A stretch of DNA of 64,000 nt from Chloroflexota bacterium (GCA_963663275.1 OY760183.1:704001-768000), one strand, 5' to 3'. Positions 52,879-62,808 are shown, numbered from the stretch's first letter. Notes: generated by a model not told the origin, from the letters alone. Made by a program: numbers and translations.

Positions 52879-54084
52879 CTACTCGGTCGGCGCGCTGCCC
52901 AGCACCTTGTAGCCTTGGTTTTCCTCGGTCCGCTCCGCCACGGGCAGGATTTCCACCAACACGTTGGAGAGGCCCACGACCTCGCCCTTCTCGTCGAAGG
53001 TGTAGTCCACGCCGATGCCGCCGGTCCACGTGATGCCGTACAGGCAGTCACGTATGCCGTCGGCGTCCTGATCGTCGCCGGTCTGCTTCAGGCACTCGGC
53101 GGTGATGTAGACGGTGTCGTACGCCGAGGCCAAGTACCAAGAGAGCGAGACGTAGCCGTAGCGTTCCCGGAAGCTGGCCAGCACTTCCTGGCCTTTGGCG
53201 TTGTCCGGGGCAATATCCGGCAGGATGGCCTTCACGCCCGCGGCGGCGTCACCGGCGATTTCCAGGGCCGTGGAGCCAACGGGCACCAGGTCCGAGTAGA
53301 TTTGACCCTCGTAGCCCAACTCGCGCACCTGCTTGATGATGGTGCCGCCGGTGAACTCAGACTGGGCGGCAACCAGCAGCGCGTCGGGCTCTTCGCCCAG
53401 CAGCTTGGTCAGTTGGGTTCTGAAGTCGGTGGTATCGGAACTGTAGCGTTCCGCCCCCACCACCGTGCCGCCGCGCAGTTCGAATTGCGCCACGCTGGTG
53501 CGGCGCACGCCCTCGGCGTAGTCGGTGGACTCGGATATGGTCGCCAGCTTGCGCACGCCGTCGGCCCACATCACGTTGCCGGCGTCCACGCCAAGCTGGG
53601 CGTCGCTGATGGCCGTGCGGAAGATGTAGTCGCCGGCGTCGGCGATGTCGGGGTTCGTCGCCAGGCCGGAGAAGAGCACCACGCCGTCCGCTTCAGCCAG
53701 GGGCGCGGCCCCCAACATCGCGCCGCTGCACGAGGTGCCCAGCACGACTTTCACGCCGTCCACGTCGGTCAGCTTGTTATAAGCCGTAATCGCGTCTTGC
53801 GCGGAGCACTTGGAGTCCTCCACGATCAGTTCCAGCATACGGCCGTTCACGCCGCCGGCCGCGTTGATTTCGTCCACGGCCAACTGCTTGGCCTGCACCG
53901 CCACGTTGCCGTAGGTCTCACCCGGGCCGGTGAGCGACTCCATCACGCCCACCTTGTACGGCGGCAACTCTTCCGTCTCTGCGTCGGCGTCCGCGTCCCC
54001 GTCACCGCCGCAGGCGATGACCAACGAGGCCAGCAGCGCCAGTGCCGCAAGCAAGATGGCTCTCTTCCACAAAAGATTCCGCAT
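52879..54084 (-). CDS. ABC transporter substrate-binding lipoprotein, copy 2
   Basis: Lipobox VIAC; highly similar to copy 1; ATG 54084 with GAGGAG RBS. Confidence 0.92.
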   Translation of the reverse strand: MRNLLWKRAILLAALALLASLVIACGGDGDADADAETEELPPYKVGVMESLTGPGETYGNVAVQAKQLAVDEINAAGGVNGRMLELIVEDSKCSAQDAITAYNKLTDVDGVKVVLGTSCSGAMLGAAPLAEADGVVLFSGLATNPDIADAGDYIFRTAISDAQLGVDAGNVMWADGVRKLATISESTDYAEGVRRTSVAQFELRGGTVVGAERYSSDTTDFRTQLTKLLGEEPDALLVAAQSEFTGGTIIKQVRELGYEGQIYSDLVPVGSTALEIAGDAAAGVKAILPDIAPDNAKGQEVLASFRERYGYVSLSWYLASAYDTVYITAECLKQTGDDQDADGIRDCLYGITWTGGIGVDYTFDEKGEVVGLSNVLVEILPVAERTEENQGYKVLGSAPTE

Positions 54085-54412
54085 GGCATTCTCCTCTCTG
54101 AGGATGCGTCCGTTAGATATTTCAGGGATACAGTAGCATTTTCGCGTCAATCCCGCAAGTGGGCGCGATGGTTTGGCGCGCGCAAGCTCAACCATTCCAG
54201 TTCCCGTGTTTCCACCAGTTCTCCCTATTGCTGCGCCAACGCCGCGCCCGCCGGTGATCAGTATCGACGAGAATGACGCGAGAGCGCCTGCCCCAAGCCG
54301 TTCTGGAGAAAGTGGGGAGCCAAGTCGCGGCACGGGTATGCGGTCTGCGCTACCGTTTGGGCGGGTGCTATACTGCCCAATGGAGACACCGTTTATCAAG
54401 GTAAGAGCGGCG

Positions 54413-55723
54413 ATGGATGAGAGAGAATCCCGGACTTCAATAGTAAGAGTGTGGGCCAAGAACTTCCGCAGCATCGAGCATGCCGTGTTGGAGTTGGGGC
54501 CGCTTACCGTGCTGGTGGGGCCCAACGCTTCAGGGAAGAGCAACCTGCTTGACGTTTTGGCCTTCCTCAGTGATGCGGCTCGCGACGGTCTGGAAACGGC
54601 GATAAACCGGCGTGGCGGCATCGACTCCATTGGCCGCAGGTCCGCAAACGGTAGAATACTGGGGCCTGAGATTGGCCTGGAATACAGGAGCGAAGAGGGA
54701 ACGCTCACGTACACCTTTGCCTTGATGCGGCGGCGCGAGGGTGAGTATCGCGTAAGGCATGAAACCGCCCGGCTGGAACCTTTCGATTCAGAAAGCAAGC
54801 CATCGGAAATCGCGATAGATAACGGCCGCATTATAAAGCCCAGAGTCAGGCGGGAATCTGGACTGACAGAGGAAGGCAGACAGTCGACGAGGGCCGCCGG
54901 CATGATTAACCAACTCATACCGGAGTCTGGCGGCAAGGACCTCCAACTGATTACTCCGGAACCCTCGCCGGTTTCGACCCTCTTGGCGGTCTTGTGGCCT
55001 CATTCAGGCCCATTCCAGGACAACCCCCTCTTCCGCTTGTATCGCAGGCTTACTACTGCGAGAGACGCCTTGGCCAAAATCGGACTCTACCACATCTTTC
55101 CCAACTCATTGCGAGACCCACAGAAGGTAGCGGACAGTTATCCCCTGGCGGTGGGCGGGGAAAATCTCGCGTCTATGCTGCGGGACATGATTCAGAGCAA
55201 GAGCCGCTTCCTCCCGGAATTGAAGAGCGCCCTGGCTTTCGCGGTACCGGGAGTAAGCGATATTCGAGTGGCCACTGCCGGTAGCTACTATGTCGTGGAA
55301 CTCAAGCACGAAAGAAATGATAGCGCTGAGAGAGGCGCCTGGTTCGATCTATCCCATGAGTCGGACGGTACCATCCGCTTGTTGGCCATGTTGGCGGCTC
55401 TGTTCCAGGATCCGGCGCCGCCGCTGATTTGCCTCGAGGAGCCTGAGTTGGCGATTCATCCCGGGGCGGTGGCGGTCCTGTCGGACACCATGGAGGAAGC
55501 CGCGCTGCGGGGGCAGGTGTTGGTGGCTACCCACAGCCCCGACCTAATCGATCGCCTGCCTATCGAGAGCGTCCGCGCGGTTACCGCCGAAGACGGCTCC
55601 ACAAAAGTGGGCTTCGTGGCCGATCATCAACTGAAGTCGGTGAGAGAGGACTTATTCTCGCCGGGAGAACTGCACAGCATGGAAGGGCTGCAGCCGGCAG
55701 CGCATGGAGACGAACCGGTTTGA
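54413..55723 (+). CDS. ABC-type ATPase (AAA_21/AbiEii-like)
   Basis: KNFRSI, GPNASGKSN, ESDGT signature, LEEPELAIHP, ATHSP. Confidence 0.9.
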   Translation: MDERESRTSIVRVWAKNFRSIEHAVLELGPLTVLVGPNASGKSNLLDVLAFLSDAARDGLETAINRRGGIDSIGRRSANGRILGPEIGLEYRSEEGTLTYTFALMRRREGEYRVRHETARLEPFDSESKPSEIAIDNGRIIKPRVRRESGLTEEGRQSTRAAGMINQLIPESGGKDLQLITPEPSPVSTLLAVLWPHSGPFQDNPLFRLYRRLTTARDALAKIGLYHIFPNSLRDPQKVADSYPLAVGGENLASMLRDMIQSKSRFLPELKSALAFAVPGVSDIRVATAGSYYVVELKHERNDSAERGAWFDLSHESDGTIRLLAMLAALFQDPAPPLICLEEPELAIHPGAVAVLSDTMEEAALRGQVLVATHSPDLIDRLPIESVRAVTAEDGSTKVGFVADHQLKSVREDLFSPGELHSMEGLQPAAHGDEPV

Positions 55724-56316
55724 GCTCAATTGTGCCTGTAGTCGAGGGCGATGGGGATGCTGCCGCCGTGCCCGGGTTGTTGCGACGGCTTCTCGTGGAG
55801 AAGTTCAACCGGTACGATATTCAAGTGGGCCAAGGCAGCCGCGGGGTGGTAAAGGCGAACGGCCGTCAGAAACTTGAAAACAGGCTGGATAGATTCCTCC
55901 GTCATGCGCAGAACAAGCCAGGGTGTGGAGCGATTCTGATTCTTGTGGATGCCGACGTTGACTGTCCGGTGACATTTGCCCGGCAGCTTTCCCAGCGGTG
56001 TCAGCAAATTGGCGCAAAATGCCCTGTGCAGGTCGTGTGCGCTCACAGGTCTTATGAGTCTTGGTTTCTGGCCAGCTTGGACACCATCAAAGGGCGCCAT
56101 GGCATTGCCGCATCGGCAACGCTATCCGGCCGCGTTGAAGATGAGTCCAGACCCAAGCGTTGGCTCAGCCGCCAAATGCCTCCCGGCCAGGCTTACAAGG
56201 AGACGACGCACCAAGCGTCGCTTACCCAGCACATAGACTTGGACTCGGCCTACCGGAACTCCCGCTCTTTCCGCAGGTTGTGCCACGCGCTTGAGCAACT
56301 TATGGACGCTATGTAG
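55720..56316 (+). CDS. DUF4276-like TOPRIM-fold protein
   Basis: VVEGDGD, LVDADVDCP, YESWFLA, SRSFRRL; 4-nt overlap with the ATPase. Confidence 0.8.
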   Translation: MSSIVPVVEGDGDAAAVPGLLRRLLVEKFNRYDIQVGQGSRGVVKANGRQKLENRLDRFLRHAQNKPGCGAILILVDADVDCPVTFARQLSQRCQQIGAKCPVQVVCAHRSYESWFLASLDTIKGRHGIAASATLSGRVEDESRPKRWLSRQMPPGQAYKETTHQASLTQHIDLDSAYRNSRSFRRLCHALEQLMDAM

Positions 56317-56444
56317 GCGCCCTGGTCCAGGTGGACGAAGGATAGTTGGCTATGGTGAGGCAATTGCGCGGTTAAGGGTGTAACCTCCCTTGACGCATGG
56401 CGCGCAAGATCGGCCGTGGCTCCTTTTGCCCGCTCCTTGGACTC

Positions 56445-57245
56445 CTAGCCGCTGTACGCCGCCAGCAGTTCTTCCACGTGTGCGCGGACGTGGCTGCGGT
56501 CCGCGCTGCAGACGATGCACGTGATGGGGAAATCTCCGGTTTCGCGGAAGCGTTCGGCGTTGGGATAGTGGAAGTCGCCGGTGTGGGTCATGAACTGGCC
56601 CCACCAGCCGTAGGTATAGGCCGGGCCGGAGACTCTGGCGCTCGCGTCCCATTCAGGCGGAAAGAGCGACCGAAAGGGCGGGAAGTTGTTGATCCAACTG
56701 CCGCATTGAAGTAGCCGGAGGTCTGGGCGCTCCCGTTCCGCGTCGTCGAGCAGCTTGAGCAGCAGCCCCGCCAGCGCTGGCATGTCCCAGAAGGGCGAGC
56801 GCGGCTGCTCCACGTTGGTGAAGTGCAGATGGACTCTGTCTTCCCCGTAGTCGCGGCTAAACGAGCCGTAGGGCGTGGGCGGGATTACCTGTCCGGCGCC
56901 CTCCCAGAGGTTGCCTTTGCGTTCCCCTGCCAGGCGTTGTTCCATGGCGGGCAGCAGCAGCGCGTAGGCGGCTTCTTCCAGTGGCTCGGTAGTCGCGTCG
57001 GCGCGGTGGTGGTGAAAGAGCGCCTCCAACTGCCGCACCAGCGCGTCCCACGCAGGGTCGGCATGGCCGCTCGCCGGGTGGCGTTTCCCGTCCCAGAGGT
57101 GCGTGCGCCGGTAGATGTCCACGCGGGTGGTGATCAGTTCCGCGAAAGGCAGCCGCTCGGTCCGCAGCAGGCGATGCACGTACCAGATCTTGAGTTTCAC
57201 GCACTCGCGGTCGTAGTTGCGCCGGATCTCTAATCGCGTTGGCAT
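56445..57245 (-). CDS. Hypothetical protein
   Basis: Long ORF with host-like codon usage, directly downstream of the oxidoreductase. Confidence 0.75.
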   Translation of the reverse strand: MPTRLEIRRNYDRECVKLKIWYVHRLLRTERLPFAELITTRVDIYRRTHLWDGKRHPASGHADPAWDALVRQLEALFHHHRADATTEPLEEAAYALLLPAMEQRLAGERKGNLWEGAGQVIPPTPYGSFSRDYGEDRVHLHFTNVEQPRSPFWDMPALAGLLLKLLDDAERERPDLRLLQCGSWINNFPPFRSLFPPEWDASARVSGPAYTYGWWGQFMTHTGDFHYPNAERFRETGDFPITCIVCSADRSHVRAHVEELLAAYSG

Positions 57246-57257
57246 CGCTTCGCTTCT

Positions 57258-58235
57258 CTAGGCTTGCGGCGCTACGCTAACGGGCAGGCCCGTCTCGATT
57301 GACTGCCGCGCCGCTTCGATGAGCCGCATCGCCTCCACGCCGTCCTCGCCCGTCGCGAGCGGCGCGGCCTTGCCTGCCACGCAGTCCAGGAAGTGGCTGA
57401 TTTCCAGATAGAACCGGTCGTGGCCGCCGCGGTCGGTTTCCAGCCGCTCGGTGACGTGGTCCAGGCTGAAGCGGCTGCGGCCGGTCAGGAAGTCGATCAC
57501 AATCGCGCCGCGTTCACCGTAGATTTCCACGCGCTTCTCCCCATGGGGCGACGACCAACTTGCCTCCAGCGTGCCGACCACGCCGTCCACGCTTTCCGCC
57601 ATGAACGCCACGGTGTCCGTGCCGGGGATGTCCTGGGCGAGCGTGCCGCCCTTGGCGTAGATGTTCTTCATCTCCCCCACCAGGTGGCGGAAGAGGTCTA
57701 CGTAATGCTGGCCGGATTCCCACAGCAGGCCGCCGCCTTGCGCCGGGTCCGCCAGCCACGTGCCGGCCATGAGTTCCACGCCCCCGAAACGGAGACGAAG
57801 ATGGTGCAATGGCCCCAGCTTGCCGGCGTCCAGCCACTCCTTGGCTTTGGTTATCGGCGTATAGAAGCGGTTGCAGAAGGCGGTCAGGAGCAAGACGCGG
57901 GCGCGCCTGGCGGCGGCCACCATCGCCTCGCCCTCGGCCACGCTCATCGCCAGCGGCTTCTCGCAGAGCACGTGCAGGCCGCGCGCCGCCGCGTGCTCGG
58001 TAATTGCCCGGTGCGAGGGCGGCGGCGTGCAGATGCTCACGGCATGCAGTTCCTCAGCGCGCAGCAGATCCGCATAGTCGGTGTACGCCCGGGCGTCATA
58101 TTCCCGCGCGCGCGCCTCGGCGGCGGCCTGAAGCGGATCGGCCACGGCCACGATTCGCGCCCGTCCGCTCTTGGCGTAACTGCGCAGGTGTGAGTGCGAA
58201 ATGGCTCCACAACCGATGACGCCCACACGTATCAT
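57258..58235 (-). CDS. Gfo/Idh/MocA-family oxidoreductase
   Basis: VGVIGCGAI, ICTPPPSH, LCEKPLA, GGGLLWESGQHYVD. Confidence 0.92.
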   Translation of the reverse strand: MIRVGVIGCGAISHSHLRSYAKSGRARIVAVADPLQAAAEARAREYDARAYTDYADLLRAEELHAVSICTPPPSHRAITEHAAARGLHVLCEKPLAMSVAEGEAMVAAARRARVLLLTAFCNRFYTPITKAKEWLDAGKLGPLHHLRLRFGGVELMAGTWLADPAQGGGLLWESGQHYVDLFRHLVGEMKNIYAKGGTLAQDIPGTDTVAFMAESVDGVVGTLEASWSSPHGEKRVEIYGERGAIVIDFLTGRSRFSLDHVTERLETDRGGHDRFYLEISHFLDCVAGKAAPLATGEDGVEAMRLIEAARQSIETGLPVSVAPQA

Positions 58236-58332
58236 GGTCTCTTCATTCCTCGGTGATGTCTTGGCTGCGCAATGAGCACGGAGCGGACGCTATCCCCAAT
58301 AGTGTCACATTAAGGCGGTGAGCTTTCAGCAG

Positions 58333-58566
58333 GAGACCTTTGCACAACCAGACCCGGCAGGCGAGAAGGCTCCCCCTCCCTGGGGAGAGGGCCGGGGTGA
58401 GGGGGAATGCCCGTCGGTTCCACTTCATTTCGCATGAATTGGGTATGAGTCACCGCACAATCTCCCCTCACCCTAACCCTCTCCCAGAGGGAGAGGGGAC
58501 AAGAGGCGCGCTGGGCTTCGACTGTTCCCTCTCCGGTTACGCAGATGCCTCCTGCGGGAGAGGGAG
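58333..58566. repeat. MITE-A-like end with CCCTCTCC/GGAGAGGG hairpin repeats
   Basis: GAGACCTTTGCACAAC at 58333; degenerate right end near 58537-58550. Confidence 0.65.
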
Positions 58567-59316
58567 TCAATGCTTCTTGCCGACCATGAGGCGGGTGAGC
58601 AAGCCGAATTGGCGGGAGTCGATGGCGAACGTCTCGCGAATGTCCGGCGGCGCGGCGCTGAAGAGCCTTCTCAGTTGGGCTACCGCGTCCGGCGGCGTCT
58701 GTTGGCGGGCCACCCAATCGTCGAACTCCAGCATCTTCAGCCAGGTGTGTTTCACGCCGAAGCTGAGGCCCGCCTCCCCAAAGAAGCCCTGCCATTCGCC
58801 TTGGCTCCACTCGCGCACGTGGGAAGGATCCCGCAGCACTTCCACCCGGTTGATCCAACGGTCCGCGGCCGGATCGTCCGGCGACGTATTGTCCACCACC
58901 AGGAGGCGCCCGTCCGGCGTAAGCACGCGGGCCGCTTCCCGCACAACCCGCGCCGGATTGTGGAAGTGGTGCGCCGTGTAGCGGCAGACTACCAGGGAGA
59001 AACTGGCGTCCGGGAAAGGCAGGCGCTCGGCGTTGCCCACGCTGGCGTGGAAGCCCGCTATGCCGCGTTCGCGGGCGTTGCGGCGGGCGGCTTGAAGCAT
59101 TTGCGGCGTGATGTCCAGGCCGACGACCAGGCGCGCGGCCGGCGCCAGCGCAAAGGCGGCGTGTCCCGCGCCGGTACCCAGATCCAGGGCGCGGGGGTGT
59201 GTATCCGGCCCGGCCTGCTCCAGCAGCCACGCCAGATCCTCGCCCTCCGCGAAGACCGCGCTCCGGCTGTAGGCTTCCGCCGCGCGGCCAAACTGTTTTT
59301 GAACTTGCTGATACAT
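58567..59316 (-). CDS. Class I SAM-dependent methyltransferase (UbiE-like)
   Basis: LDLGTGAGH, GLDIT, GNAERLPFPDASF, RDPSHVR. Confidence 0.9.
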   Translation of the reverse strand: MYQQVQKQFGRAAEAYSRSAVFAEGEDLAWLLEQAGPDTHPRALDLGTGAGHAAFALAPAARLVVGLDITPQMLQAARRNARERGIAGFHASVGNAERLPFPDASFSLVVCRYTAHHFHNPARVVREAARVLTPDGRLLVVDNTSPDDPAADRWINRVEVLRDPSHVREWSQGEWQGFFGEAGLSFGVKHTWLKMLEFDDWVARQQTPPDAVAQLRRLFSAAPPDIRETFAIDSRQFGLLTRLMVGKKH

Positions 59317-59647
59317 GGCTTCGATGCGCGTATTGCGCCTGTGCTGGGGCAGATGTTCCCGTGTGCGCTCGCTTGCGCCGCTCCAGTCCTAATGCGGAAC
59401 GGCGGCGCTCGCTTCCGCTCGCGGTGTGTGTAATGAAGCGGACAAAGGGGGTCAAGCTGTCTGCGGCAAAACTTCCATAACCCGCCTATCGCATAGTAAA
59501 GGATGCGCCCCGCGCGGGGCAACGGGAACATGACACTGGTTTGGCGCTATGCTAGAATCTTGGTACTGGTGAAGAGAAACACACGTCCTTTGCCGGGCCG
59601 CAGTGGTCGCATTGGCAGCAGCATGTCGTAAGAAGGAGTCACTCTTG

Positions 59648-60166
59648 ATGCAATGGCGTTTGCGCGTTCCCTTGGCGCTCGTCGCAATTGTGCTTTCGTT
59701 GACACTATTCAGCGCTTGTGGCGGTGAAGAGGAAGCAGCTTGGAGTTGGGATGAAGAACCGCCAACGCCGACACCTGCTATAAGTGAGACTACGACAGCG
59801 TCTGCCGGCCCCATTTGCGAACCGATACCGGACTGCATCGAGGTAACCGTGGACCTGAGTGTGGGCAATGCCGATGACGGCATGGAGTTGTTCGAGAAGA
59901 AGGGCTGCGTCGCCTGCCATAAGGTCGCGGAAGACGGTCCCGGCGGCGAAATTGGCCCGGTGCTCGCCGGCATTGGCGATCCCGTGGGCCGCCCGCAACT
60001 GGCGGCGAGCACGGGAGATGCGGAAGGCATTCCCAACACACCCGAAAATATCTGGCGCTGGGTGCAGTACCCGAACGACATCAAGCCCGGCACGGAAATG
60101 GCGCCCCAACCCCTCACTCCCCAAGAAGCCGCCGACCTGGTGGCCTATCTCCTGACGTTGAAGTAG
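59648..60166 (+). CDS. Monoheme c-type cytochrome lipoprotein
   Basis: FSAC lipobox, CVACH, IGP.L, NTPENIWRW..P..IKPGTEM. Confidence 0.88.
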   Translation: MQWRLRVPLALVAIVLSLTLFSACGGEEEAAWSWDEEPPTPTPAISETTTASAGPICEPIPDCIEVTVDLSVGNADDGMELFEKKGCVACHKVAEDGPGGEIGPVLAGIGDPVGRPQLAASTGDAEGIPNTPENIWRWVQYPNDIKPGTEMAPQPLTPQEAADLVAYLLTLK

Positions 60167-60230
60167 GGCGTGCTATTGGCCGGCGGCGGTCTCTGGGATG
60201 GCTTGCGGCGCGTCTTGGGAACCGCGGTCG

Positions 60231-60653
60231 ATGCGTAGGCGTGTCCGAATCGCCGTGTCCTTGGCCTTCGCCGCTCTCATGATCGGCGCGTTTGCCGCCT
60301 GCCTGCCCTGGGAGACGCGCGAGCCTGGGGCTCCCCGGCCGCTCCCCACCGCGCCGCCGGACCTGCTCAGCAGCGGCAATGCGGCGTGGGGCCGGGAGCT
60401 ATTCTCCAGCAGGGGCTGCGCCGCCTGCCACAGCGTCGGCGGCGAGGGCGGCAGCGCCGGCCCGGCGCTGGACGGCATCGGCAATCGCGCGGAGCGGCCC
60501 ACGCTGGCGGGGAACCTCGAGAATACGCCGGAGAACATCTGGCGCTGGATCACCAATCCGCGGGCGGTCAAACGCGACACCCTCATGGCCTCACAGCCGC
60601 TCAGCCCGCAGGAAGCCGCCGATTTGGTGGCATACCTGGTAACCTTGCGCTAG
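60231..60653 (+). CDS. Monoheme c-type cytochrome lipoprotein (tandem paralog)
   Basis: FAAC lipobox, CAACH, NTPENIWRWI, QEAADLVAYL. Confidence 0.88.
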   Translation: MRRRVRIAVSLAFAALMIGAFAACLPWETREPGAPRPLPTAPPDLLSSGNAAWGRELFSSRGCAACHSVGGEGGSAGPALDGIGNRAERPTLAGNLENTPENIWRWITNPRAVKRDTLMASQPLSPQEAADLVAYLVTLR

Positions 60654-60785
60654 CGGGCAGCTAGCGCCGCGCCTGCGCGGCCTGCTCGTGTCAAGTCTTC
60701 TAAACTGTGGCGAGATTGGTGTACTATAGGGGTTGACGTGGTAAACGGTTTGGCAGTGGTATAGCGGGCAGAGAGGAATTGAGTG

Positions 60786-60995
60786 ATGAATGTTGAAGCT
60801 CTATCGGACTGGGCGCCAATGATTATTGCCAGCGTTGCATTCGCTGGTTTGATTTGGAGGATAGCGCGCCTCGAAGGTCAGTATGATCACTTGGCGACAA
60901 AGGCTGACATTGCTCGTGTCGAAGGGAAAATCGATGGTGTTGAAAGGCTGATCGAGGGCTACTTCCTGCAAGCGAGCAAGAAAGAGTCGGAGTGA
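60786..60995 (+). CDS. Small TM plus coiled-coil protein (LATKADIARVE)
   Basis: GAGAGG RBS; same architecture as 33970-34236. Confidence 0.65.
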   Translation: MNVEALSDWAPMIIASVAFAGLIWRIARLEGQYDHLATKADIARVEGKIDGVERLIEGYFLQASKKESE

Positions 60996-61285
60996 TGGCC
61001 CGGATGCCGTCGGCCTTCAGCAAGATGATCGGGCTGATTTTGGCAATGCGGTCGGAGGACGTGGAGAACGCGCCAGGCCCCGATACGGCAGATGATCGCC
61101 GACCATCCGTAGTGCAGTGCTAGCTTGGATGACCGGCAACGAGTAGCACACCTCCAAGTAGGCGCGTCTACTTCGTCTGTTTGCCAACTAAGAATGTGGA
61201 ATTGCATACAGGGATGGCCGCCGCTCGCCGTCCCTGTAGCGCTTTAAGCCGGTCTGGGAAGCGTGTTGGAGGCTGAAGATCGCCT

Positions 61286-62167
61286 ATGGTCGTCTTCTGC
61301 TACGCCAAGCTCAACCTGACGCTCGAAATCCTCGGCAAGCGCGCCGACGGCTACCACGAGATCCGCTCGATGATGCAGACGATCGAGCTGGCCGACCGGC
61401 TGGAGGTGAAGGCGGCGCGGGAGCTTTCGTTCACTTGCTCCGACCCCGCGCTGTCCACGCCGGACAATCTTGTCTACCGCGCCGCGCGGCTGCTGCAAGC
61501 GGAGTGCGGCGCGCGTGCGGGAGCGGCACTGCGGCTACAGAAGCGCATACCGGCGGCGGCCGGCCTGGGCGGCGGCAGCAGCGACGCGGCCGGCACGCTC
61601 ATCGCCCTCAACCGCCTGTGGAACCTGCGACTCTCCTTGGGGGAACAACAGCGGCTGGCGGCGCGCCTGGGCTCGGACGTGCCGTTCTTCCTCACCGGCG
61701 GCGCGGCGCTCGCCTCCGGTCGCGGCGAACGCATTACGCCGCTGCCGCCGCTGCCGCGGCGCTGGGTCGTGCTCGTCCTGCCGCCCGGCGCGCTCAGCAC
61801 GGCGGCGGTCTATCGCGCCGTCACCCCGTCGGACTACACGTCAGGCGTCGCCACTGCGGACACCGTCGCCGCCGCCCAACGCGGCGCGCTCTCACCCCAG
61901 TCCCGCTGGCGCAACGCCCTCGTCCGCCCGGCCCGCGCGCTCGCGCCCCAAATCGCGGCGACGCAAAGCGCCGTGCTCCAGGCCGGCGCCCCCCACGCCC
62001 ACCTCTCCGGCAGCGGCCCCACGATATTTGCCGTGTGCCCAGAGGAGGCCGCGGCCCGCGCGCTCAGCGCCCGGCTCCGCGAACGAGGCTACGCTACGGA
62101 CGTCATCCCATTCGCGCAGGCCGGTTGGACGTACGGCGACGTGCGCCAGAAAACACGCACATGGTAA
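61286..62167 (+). CDS. ispE: 4-diphosphocytidyl-2-C-methyl-D-erythritol kinase
   Basis: AKLNLTLEI...DGYHE, KRIPAAAGLGGGSSDAA, LGSDVPFF, LSGSGPT. Confidence 0.95.
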   Translation: MVVFCYAKLNLTLEILGKRADGYHEIRSMMQTIELADRLEVKAARELSFTCSDPALSTPDNLVYRAARLLQAECGARAGAALRLQKRIPAAAGLGGGSSDAAGTLIALNRLWNLRLSLGEQQRLAARLGSDVPFFLTGGAALASGRGERITPLPPLPRRWVVLVLPPGALSTAAVYRAVTPSDYTSGVATADTVAAAQRGALSPQSRWRNALVRPARALAPQIAATQSAVLQAGAPHAHLSGSGPTIFAVCPEEAAARALSARLRERGYATDVIPFAQAGWTYGDVRQKTRTW

Positions 62168-62808
62168 CCGTTCACCCATTACGCATCGCGGCCGCCGCGT
62201 TCCTGGCCGGCCTCTGCTTTCTCTTGGCCGCTGGTCAAGCGCAGGCGTGCTCCTGCGGAGACTTGCCATCCCCGGCCCAAGCTCTGGCGCAGAGCGCCAA
62301 GGTGTTCTCCGGTAGAGTCGTGTCCATCCATGGCGGGGACGGCACGCGGCGAGAACCGGCATTGCTCAGCGGGTACATTGCGGTGGAGTTCGAAGTCTAC
62401 TCAGTCTGGAAAGGCCCGTCCTATGCCACCATGTTCATCGAGACGGCCTGGTGGAGCGGCAGTTGCGGGGTGGAGTTCTATGTTGGCGAGGAGTGGCTGG
62501 TCTACTCCTTCGACGGCGAAACCGCGCACCCGTGCGGCCGCACACGCCCCCTGTCGCGCGCGCAGGCGGACATTAACGCGCTTGGCGAAGGCCAAGCGCC
62601 TGCCGCCGGCACCGTCGAACCCTATCAACAGTCCCGCGACCGGATCGAACGGACACCCACAACGGCTGCCGCGACGACCAAAGCAGCCACGCCCACGGCA
62701 AATCCGTTGCAGGACTTAATTCCTGCATGGCTGAGCGTTGCGTTGCTCATGATCGTGTCGGTAACGGTGCTGGGCTGGGTGCTGCGCGGGACCAGCCAGA
62801 AAGGCTAG
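62161..62808 (+). CDS. Secreted, C-terminally anchored TIMP/NTR-like protein
   Basis: Signal peptide AQA|CSC, VFSGRV, VWKG, SCG..F..GEEWLVY, CGRT; C-terminal TM. Confidence 0.7.
   Translation: MVTVHPLRIAAAAFLAGLCFLLAAGQAQACSCGDLPSPAQALAQSAKVFSGRVVSIHGGDGTRREPALLSGYIAVEFEVYSVWKGPSYATMFIETAWWSGSCGVEFYVGEEWLVYSFDGETAHPCGRTRPLSRAQADINALGEGQAPAAGTVEPYQQSRDRIERTPTTAAATTKAATPTANPLQDLIPAWLSVALLMIVSVTVLGWVLRGTSQKG

Noticed and set aside
52879-54936. 685-aa version of the binding protein
   Set aside because: The extension overlaps the divergent ATPase; RBS, lipobox and paralog alignment place the start at 54084
61000-61280. ncRNA or riboswitch upstream of ispE (hairpin ACAGGGATGGC/GCCGTCCCTGT)
   Set aside because: Only one hairpin and no recognisable family consensus
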